From sequence record KX130863: DNA of 64,000 nt; one strand, written 5' to 3'. Both the position numbers and the translations under genes were made by a program. The notes beneath the pieces are model-generated. The model saw only the letters and a program-made list of their open reading frames with translations. It did not search any database and was not told the origin of the DNA. This document shows positions 57,036 through 64,000 of the stretch, piece by piece. The stretch is from Shigella phage SHSML-45. Positions within the stretch are counted from its first letter, which is position 1. Each line of letters opens with the position of its first letter.

Positions 57036-58854
57036 GACACTAAAATTCAGCAACGTTATGTCTTACGGTAAGGATATCGTAATTCATTTCGATAAGAATC
57101 CAGTTACTCAGTTAATCGGAGGAAACGGTCTAGGGAAGTCCACTATTGCTACTGTTATCGAGGAATTGTTCTATAACAAGAACTCACGTGGTATCAAGAA
57201 GGACGCCCTATTCTCTTGGGGTTCTCCGAAGAAAGAGTACGATATGCACGCTTACTTCTCGAAAGATGAAGATGAGTATGAGTTGCATAAAGTAGTTAAA
57301 TCAACTGCTAAGGTTACACTGATTAAGAATGGAGAAGATATCAGTGGACACACAGCAACTCAAACGTATAAGATGATTGAAGAGATTATGGGTGGTGACT
57401 TCCAAACATTCACTAAACTGATCTATCAATCTGTAGGTTCCAATCTAGACTTCCTCAAAGCAACTGATGCGACACGTAAAGCTTTTCTTGTTAATCTGTT
57501 CAATCAGGAACAGTATAAAGAGATGTCAGAAACTATTAAGGCTGATCGTAAAGAAGTGGCAAGTACGTTAAGTAACTTGCAAGGCCAGATGGCCGTAATT
57601 ACGAAGATCCTCAATGGAAAAGGCAATCTCGGAAGTTTACAAGAACCAGTTGAAGTTCCAGAGTTTGATGAAGAACCGTTAGCACAAGAACTTACTGAAT
57701 CGAAAATTAAGGCGGCATTAGCCAAGTCACAAGAGGCTAATATTACTAAACTCCGTAATTTGGACAAAGCTGTACAAGTTGCCGAACAATCTTTCGAGCC
57801 TTTCAAAAATTTCCCTGCGCCCACCGACCAATCTGAAGAGATCTCAAGTGTTACGCGTGACTTAACGATTGTTACCTCACGTGCGGGAGAAGTCAAGAAA
57901 CGTTATCAGAAGTTTAAGCAAGAGGCTTCAAATACTGAATGTCCTACTTGTGGTACGCATCTTGATACAACTGCTGCTCAAAAAGCAATGGATATGGCTA
58001 GAACAGAATATGATCCTCTGTTTAAAGAGAAACAATCTCTCGAAGCTACATTGGAGCAGTTAAAGAAAGAACAACTCGAGTACGCTGCGTATACTAGAGC
58101 TAAGGATGCTTTAGATAAGGCAGTAGCAGCTAGAGACGAGTTCAAAAATTCAATGAGTGATGCTTCTTTTGAAGAACTCAATGTGCAGATCCTACAGGTG
58201 CAAATCCGACAATTAGAACAGGAAATCGCTGATGGCCGTTCTAAAGTTGCAATTGCCAAAGAGCATAATGCAAATGTCGAATTAGCCAATGCAAAATATA
58301 AAGCGAAACTAGAACAGATTGAAAAAGCTGAGGCAGAAATGTCTGAGATAACGTCCAAACTGGATGGAGTATCAGAAGCTGTTGCTGATCTTGATATTCT
58401 GATCGCTGCATTGAAAAATCTGGTAGGATATAAACTAGAGCATAGTGTGAAAGTATTTGAGGAATTGATTAATAAATATCTTTCTATTATGACTGGTGGT
58501 AAGTTCGCACTTGGATTTGAACTTGATGAAACTAAATTACAAGTAGTAATCTTCAATGATGGAAACCGTACCAGTATGGAGAACTGCTCTACTGGTCAGC
58601 AAAGTAGAATTAACCTAGCAACTCTGTTAGCAATTCGAATGCTGTTAACATCTATTAGTAAAGTTAATATTAATCTTCTGTTCCTTGACGAAGTTATTAG
58701 CTTTATTGATACGAAAGGACTTGATACTCTCGTTGAATTATTAAATGAGGAAGATAGTCTGAATTCTATCATTGTTTCTCATGGGCACTCCCATCCGCTG
58801 GCACATAAGATTACTGTCAAAAAAGATGCAGAAGGATTTTCTTACTTAGAATAA
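57016..58854 (+). CDS. SbcC/Rad50-like ATPase
   Basis: Walker A GGNGLGKST, long central coiled coil with CPTCG zinc hook, signature/Walker B region LLFLDEV. Confidence 0.75.
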   Translation: MSKIIIKTLKFSNVMSYGKDIVIHFDKNPVTQLIGGNGLGKSTIATVIEELFYNKNSRGIKKDALFSWGSPKKEYDMHAYFSKDEDEYELHKVVKSTAKVTLIKNGEDISGHTATQTYKMIEEIMGGDFQTFTKLIYQSVGSNLDFLKATDATRKAFLVNLFNQEQYKEMSETIKADRKEVASTLSNLQGQMAVITKILNGKGNLGSLQEPVEVPEFDEEPLAQELTESKIKAALAKSQEANITKLRNLDKAVQVAEQSFEPFKNFPAPTDQSEEISSVTRDLTIVTSRAGEVKKRYQKFKQEASNTECPTCGTHLDTTAAQKAMDMARTEYDPLFKEKQSLEATLEQLKKEQLEYAAYTRAKDALDKAVAARDEFKNSMSDASFEELNVQILQVQIRQLEQEIADGRSKVAIAKEHNANVELANAKYKAKLEQIEKAEAEMSEITSKLDGVSEAVADLDILIAALKNLVGYKLEHSVKVFEELINKYLSIMTGGKFALGFELDETKLQVVIFNDGNRTSMENCSTGQQSRINLATLLAIRMLLTSISKVNINLLFLDEVISFIDTKGLDTLVELLNEEDSLNSIIVSHGHSHPLAHKITVKKDAEGFSYLE

Positions 58855-58858
58855 TAAC

Positions 58859-59350
58859 ATGGTAGATCCAAGAGTAACCCCAGAATACCTATGGGATAGA
58901 TACGAGTATAGAGATGGCACTCTTATCAATAAACATTCAAAAGGCAGAATGAAAGCAGGAGTACCAGCAGGTACTCCTAATAAGGCAGGATACCTAAGAG
59001 TAACATTATTCCAAAAACAAGAGTATATACATAGAATCATATTTTTTATGTTTAATGGTTATTGGCCTAAGGAGATAGATCATATTGATAGAGATAATAC
59101 TAACAATAGGATAGAGAATCTTAGAGAAGCAACAAGATCTCAAAATATGGCTAATCGTATAGGATCAAATAATTTTAGAGGAATCCAATTTAATGGTAGT
59201 AACTACACCGCTAGAATTGGTAATCCTTTTAATAGGAAAACTGAGTATATAGGTAGTTACCCAACCGCCGAGGATGCGGCAAGAGCCTATGATATTAAAG
59301 CAAAAGAATACTTCGGAGATTTCGCAGTATTAAACTTTGGTGAAGATTAA
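58859..59350 (+). CDS. HNH homing endonuclease
   Basis: IHRIIFFMFNGYWPKEIDHIDRDNTNNRIENLRE. Confidence 0.75.
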   Translation: MVDPRVTPEYLWDRYEYRDGTLINKHSKGRMKAGVPAGTPNKAGYLRVTLFQKQEYIHRIIFFMFNGYWPKEIDHIDRDNTNNRIENLREATRSQNMANRIGSNNFRGIQFNGSNYTARIGNPFNRKTEYIGSYPTAEDAARAYDIKAKEYFGDFAVLNFGED

Positions 59351-59832
59351 TGGCTATTGATAGTCGAGAAAAGGGAAAAAGAGCGGAGTATCAGGTAAGA
59401 GATATTCTTCGGGAGAGAACAAAATTAGAATGGGAACGGGTACCAGGGTCTGGTGCTTTTGGTCAAAGTCATGAGCTAAAAGGAGATATATATCTCCCCC
59501 CACAAAGCGGACACATTAGTAAATACTGCTTTGAAGTTAAACATTATAAAGATGATAATATTTCAAGTAACTTATTTAATGTTGGTGAATCCACTCTAGA
59601 GAAGTGGTGGCAGCAATGTTCACGAGAAGGTGAGCAGATGAACTCCAAACCAGCCTTAATATTCAAGAAAGACAGAGGACAGTGGTTAATTGCTTTGGAT
59701 AGCTCAGACCCTATGGTCGACAACTTAATGAGTCGTACCCATATGGTGTTAAATAAGAAAGACATGGAAATCGTAATCGGGTTATTCGAACCGTGGTTAC
59801 ATCACGCATCTGTTGAGGACTTAATTAAATAA
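59350..59832 (+). CDS. PD-(D/E)xK nuclease, Holliday-junction-resolvase-like
   Basis: KGKRAEYQVRDILRERT...GSGAFGQSHELKGDIYL...FEVKHYK fits the Hjc-type G-x-ER...D...EVK arrangement. Confidence 0.45.
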   Translation: MAIDSREKGKRAEYQVRDILRERTKLEWERVPGSGAFGQSHELKGDIYLPPQSGHISKYCFEVKHYKDDNISSNLFNVGESTLEKWWQQCSREGEQMNSKPALIFKKDRGQWLIALDSSDPMVDNLMSRTHMVLNKKDMEIVIGLFEPWLHHASVEDLIK

Positions 59833-60707
59833 TGAGTAAATCCTGGGGAAAATTTATTGAAGAGGAAGAAGCTGAGCTGGCTTCTCGTCGCAACCTAATG
59901 ATTGTTGATGGAACTAACTTGGGCTTCCGCTTCAAACATAATAATAGTAAGAAACCATTCGCATCAAGTTATGTTTCTACAATTCAATCTCTCGCAAAAT
60001 CCTATTCAGCTAGAACCACAATCGTTCTCGGCGATAAAGGAAAGTCTGTATTCCGTTTAGAACATCTTCCTGATTACAAAGGGAACCGTGACGAAAAGTA
60101 TGCACAACGTACAGAAGAAGAGAAAGCACTGGATGAGCAGTTCTTTGAGTATCTTCGTGATGCTTTCGAGTTGTGTGAAACCACATTCCCAACTTTCACT
60201 ATTCGTGGTGTAGAAGCAGATGATATGGCAGCTTATATTGTTAAGCTCATTGGTCATTTATATGATCATGTTTGGCTGATATCTACTGATGGTGACTGGG
60301 ATACTCTATTAACTGATCGAGTTTCTCGCTTCTCCTTCACCACACGTCGTGAGTACCATCTTCGTGATATGTATGAACACCATAACGTTGATGATGTTGA
60401 TCAGTTTATCTCTCTAAAAGCAATTATGGGAGATCTAGGTGATAACATTCGTGGTGTTGAAGGCATTGGTGCAAAACGTGGTTATAATATTATCCGTGAA
60501 TTTGGTAATGTTCTGGATATTATTGATCAGCTCCCTCTGCCTGGGAAACAGAAATATATGCAGAATCTAAATGCATCGGAGGAGTTGCTTTTCCGAAATC
60601 TGATTCTGGTTGATTTACCGACCTATTGTGTAGATGCTATTGCTGCTGTGGGTCAAGACGTATTAAATAAGTTTACGAAAGATATTTTGGAGATCGCGGG
60701 ACAATGA
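59832..60707 (+). CDS. 5'-3' exonuclease / flap endonuclease
   Basis: 291 aa; N-terminus MSKSWGKFIEEEEAELASRRNLMIVDGTNLGFRF matches my recollection of the T5 D15 exonuclease; H3TH-like GDLGDNIRGVEGIGAKRG. Confidence 0.85.
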   Translation: MSKSWGKFIEEEEAELASRRNLMIVDGTNLGFRFKHNNSKKPFASSYVSTIQSLAKSYSARTTIVLGDKGKSVFRLEHLPDYKGNRDEKYAQRTEEEKALDEQFFEYLRDAFELCETTFPTFTIRGVEADDMAAYIVKLIGHLYDHVWLISTDGDWDTLLTDRVSRFSFTTRREYHLRDMYEHHNVDDVDQFISLKAIMGDLGDNIRGVEGIGAKRGYNIIREFGNVLDIIDQLPLPGKQKYMQNLNASEELLFRNLILVDLPTYCVDAIAAVGQDVLNKFTKDILEIAGQ

Positions 60708-61150
60708 TTAAAATTAAACTAACTCATCCAGATTGCATGCCAAAGATTGGTTCTAATGATGCCGCAGGTATGGATCTGCGTGCATTCTTTGGTACTAACC
60801 TTGCAGCAGATTTACGTGCTATTGCACCAGGCAAATCCCTTATGATTGACACCGGTGTCGCGGTGGAAATTCCGCGAGGTTGGTTTGGTTTGGTAGTTCC
60901 TCGCAGCTCTTTAGGTAAACGTAAACTGATGATCGCAAACACCGCAGGAGTGATCGACTCAGACTACCGTGGTACTATTAAGATGAACCTTTATAACTAC
61001 GGTTCTGAAATGCAAACTCTGGAGAATTTCGAGAGACTTTGTCAGCTAGTAGTACTACCACACTACTCAACTCATCATTTTGAAATCGTTGACGAACTAG
61101 AGGAGACTGATCGTGGAGAAGGCGGCTTTGGAAGCTCAGGAAGCAAGTAA
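60704..61150 (+). CDS. dut: dUTPase
   Basis: dUTPase motifs AAGMDLRA, GLVVPRSSLG, GVIDSDYRG. Confidence 0.85.
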   Translation: MIKIKLTHPDCMPKIGSNDAAGMDLRAFFGTNLAADLRAIAPGKSLMIDTGVAVEIPRGWFGLVVPRSSLGKRKLMIANTAGVIDSDYRGTIKMNLYNYGSEMQTLENFERLCQLVVLPHYSTHHFEIVDELEETDRGEGGFGSSGSK

Positions 61151-61376
61151 TTTTGTTGATCCTAACATGGTAGGTATTGATACTAATATGTCAACTTATC
61201 AGATTAAAACTACTGAACCAGAAAAGTTTGTACTAAGAACCGATAAAGAAGGTAATGTTACTTTCTGGGATCCTGAAGGTTTTGTAGAACTCTGCACTAA
61301 CAGTGACAATGAGCACTTAAAAATACTATTGACTATTTATAATCTTGGTATTATAGAAGGTTGTAGAAGTGAATAA
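61113..61376 (+). CDS. small hypothetical protein (start uncertain)
   Basis: ORF overlapping the dut 3' end; last plus-strand ORF before the convergent terminators. Confidence 0.3.
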   Translation: MEKAALEAQEASNFVDPNMVGIDTNMSTYQIKTTEPEKFVLRTDKEGNVTFWDPEGFVELCTNSDNEHLKILLTIYNLGIIEGCRSE

Positions 61377-61384
61377 TAGAAAAA

Positions 61385-61419
61385 CCCCAGTGGATTTTGT
61401 CCACTGGGGTTTCTTTTTT
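61385..61419 (+). terminator. rho-independent terminator at end of the plus-strand block
   Basis: ccccagtgg-attttgt-ccactgggg hairpin followed by TTTCTTTTTT, preceded by AAAA. Confidence 0.6.
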
Positions 61420-61602
61420 ACTATGCACACATTATTAGTTATCTGGATTAATGGCCTCATTCACATGTTTTTCAGTTCGATTAATTCTTGCTCAAGTTTA
61501 TTAAGCTGGTATAGCCAACGGGTTACGAAGTAAGGCATAGAGTTTTTTACCACCTCTTTACAAATGATTTATATGTAAAGAGGTGGTAAATTAGGATTGG
61601 CA

Positions 61603-61630
61603 AGAAAAAAGCCCATCCTGGGACGGGCTT
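61603..61630 (-). terminator. terminator for the minus-strand tail-fibre transcript
   Basis: Minus transcript reads agcccgtcccaggatgggc followed by UUUUUU. Confidence 0.45.
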
Positions 61631-61637
61631 GATATTC

Positions 61638-64000
61638 TTATGACATGTTGGAATCTTCTGGAGAAGTTCCATGCAGTTTTAAAAGGTTGTCTACAACAGC
61701 TTTAAGTTCCTCAATCTCTTTTTGTAGTCTGGATATCTTTTCCTTATTTTCATTATCACGTTTTGTTAAAGCTTGGATGGCTGCTAGACCATCAAGCAAC
61801 ATCGGAGTCGTGTCAAGATGCAACTTATCTCCGACTTTTGTCGTGTATTCGCGGTCAATCCACCTGACTTGCTGAGCAATAACACCTCGTCTGGTGCTTC
61901 GTTCAGGGGAATCGTTCAGATAACGGAATAGCTTAAATTCCATTCTGTTAATATTATCTAATGCACCTTCAACATTAAGATTGCCTTTAATATCTTTCAG
62001 GCTTTCATCAGATACGGCGGCGGTTGTTACTTTCAACCAGTCCTTCCATACTTTCTTACCGTCATCCCTTACCCTTGTATATAATCGGCCAGAATCTTTA
62101 TCCCAGCATAGGTGACCGACATAGCAGCCAGCTGCAGCAGTATTACCAGTACCGAATGCAGCCAGTACTCCGTAAGTCGCTGGAAGAATATGTGTCTTAC
62201 GCCCATTTATATACGATATCGCTTTTGTTGTATATACTTCATCTGCTGTATATCCAGCGGCTAAAAAATCAACTATATCAGTATTTTCTAGTGCAAATTT
62301 CTTCCACTCCTTCCAGCTATTATTCTCCATGCATCTACCGTAAAAGCCATTGTCTCTTGCCGCTATCTGCATTGCGTAGGAATTACTGTATCCAACGTGT
62401 ATCCCCCCGTGCACCAAATCAACGGGTGCATTAGCTTGCCCGGCCATAAATAAGCCACGGTTAACTGTGGCATTGCCGTTATTCCAGTTCATGCTTGTGG
62501 CAGTCGTAATTCCCTCCGGAGACCAAAAGCGACCAGACTTATCAAATTCCCACACAGCAACGCCACCAGAAGTACCTGGAGATCTGTTTAGGATTTGTAA
62601 GTTTGATGCCCCAGCACGAAATTCCGCCTGACTAACTAGCTCGCTATTTGAGTTATACAGCCTTGATATAAAAGATGATCCAGTAAGATTTAGATTCTCA
62701 CCATCCGCAAAAATCCCAGACGTACCCCTTGATGTGATGCTTGAGAATCTAACGGCCGATGAATACCCAAGACCAATAAATGTCCTAAATGGATCATCAC
62801 TCCTCGGCATTACCCATCTATTCCATGCTGTCCACTGGGATACTTCGCCAATAAAATTATAATAACGAGCGTAATAATTGGTTGTGTTATTGTATGGGTA
62901 GTAAAACTGAATACAACACTCAACACTATTTGCACTATTCCTGAGCACTACAAGAGTACCAGCAGTACGCTCTGGATAGTTCAGTTCAGGCGTTGCAGAA
63001 GCAACGGCAACCTGCATGTAAATACCTGATTTAGTACCAGTGAGAGTATTTAAATCAGTGTTACCGAGGTTGCCGCTTGATTCATAGAATGCCGATAGGT
63101 TTTTACGCGCATTGCTTGCGTCAGCCGCACCAGTACCACCATTACCAATACTAAGAGCTATCCATTGACCATTCCACCCGCCCCAAGTGTTATTATCCTG
63201 AACACGAAGACGCATAGCACCATTCGCACTTAAAAAGTCTGAATACGATGCGCCTTGAACAACCTTGTCAACTTTTAGGTTTGTCCTTGCTGTATTGATA
63301 TTAGCAACATCTGCAAGGTTTTGATCTTTTTTCAACGTACCGGATGCAGCTTGCTCAGCCCGGGCAGCAGCGGCCTCCGCATCACTTGCTTTCTGCGTAG
63401 CAATGTCAGCTTTACTGGTGGAAGTAGCGGCACTCTGCTCCGCCTGGGTAGCTTTATCTGTAGCTGTACTTGCAGCGGTAACGGCTGTATTTTTTAGCGC
63501 TGTAGTTTCAGCAACCGCGTCATCTTTAATCTTCTGTGTATCAACCTTAATTTGATTTATTGTGACTACAGCAGCACTAGCTGTGTTAGCAGATTCCGCC
63601 GCTTCGGCTTGTGCTTGTTTAGCAGCGTCTTCACTAGCTTTTGAGTTAATTTCGCTAGTCTTTGTATTAATTTCTGAGTTTTTTGCTGCTAATGCTGATG
63701 TGGAGGCTTGTGCAGCGAATGCTTCTGCTTCATCCCTGAATCCTTTGGAGTCAGAAGCAGAGGCAGCGGAAGCAGCAGCATTAGTCTCGCTAGTTTTTGC
63801 TGCTGCTGCATATGCTGCTGCATTAGTCTCGCTAGTTTTTGCGTTAGTCTCACTAGTTTTTGCATTAGTCTCACTAGTTTTTGCTGCAGCTGATGATTCT
63901 AGAGCGTTAGTTTCACTAGTTTTTGCTGCAGCTGATGATTCTGCAGCTTTAGTAGCGGACGCAGCAGATTGAGAAGCAGAGCAGAGGCATCGGCACTATC
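61638..64000 (-). CDS. tail fibre protein with C-terminal intramolecular chaperone domain; 5' end beyond the window
   Basis: C-terminal 110 aa resemble a self-cleaving chaperone (peptidase S74-like) domain; I found no in-frame stop upstream of the ORF-track TTG start out to 63900, and 63600-63900 encodes Ala-rich AKTSETN heptad repeats. Confidence 0.7.

Noticed and set aside
57504-58556. Minus-strand 130- and 192-aa ORFs inside the SbcC-like gene
   Set aside because: Antisense to a well-supported ABC-ATPase ORF; Ser/Ala-rich low complexity typical of the reverse frame of a coiled-coil region
63562-63972. Plus-strand 136-aa ORF and other short ORFs across the repeat region, plus the thought that the 21-bp repeats might be a CRISPR array
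   Set aside because: The repeats are contiguous with no unique spacers and lie in frame within the minus-strand tail-fibre coding sequence; the plus-strand ORFs are antisense translations of those repeats
1-64000. Search for a defence or anti-defence island (restriction-modification, toxin-antitoxin, Abi, CRISPR, retron)
   Set aside because: No methyltransferase motifs, no reverse-transcriptase motif, no repeat-spacer array and no toxin-like small ORF pairs were recognisable; the gene content is replication, nucleotide metabolism, tRNA and lysis

Overview
The window reads as the early (replication and nucleotide-metabolism) region of a large virulent T5-like siphophage, ending in the first late gene; this identification is from recalled gene content and order, not a database search. 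Genes at 1-31662 run on the minus strand: a Ser/Thr phosphatase, a lysis cassette with an M15-type endolysin, a ClpP-like protease, a dNMP kinase, a tRNA island with at least ten tRNA genes interleaved with small ORFs, and a thyA-frd-nrdB-nrdA module with PhoH. A divergent promoter region at 31663-31952 switches to plus-strand genes (31953-61376): nrdD, a large P-loop helicase-like protein behind an unusual 640-bp leader, a two-ORF NAD-dependent ligase, a DnaB-like helicase, primase, an 855-aa family-A DNA polymerase, an SF2 helicase, SbcCD-like nuclease, a 5' exonuclease and dUTPase. A convergent terminator region then precedes a minus-strand tail-fibre gene that runs off the window end. Ten HNH-type homing endonuclease genes and one intein are inserted among essential genes. 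No CRISPR array or recognisable defence system was seen; the notable items are a GrcA-like glycyl-radical protein with nrdD but no nrdG, an SPFH/prohibitin-like protein, an intein in nrdA, non-canonical tRNA-like elements, and the tandem promoter-repeat leader at 37016-37660. All coordinates and motifs were read by eye and need confirmation with tools.
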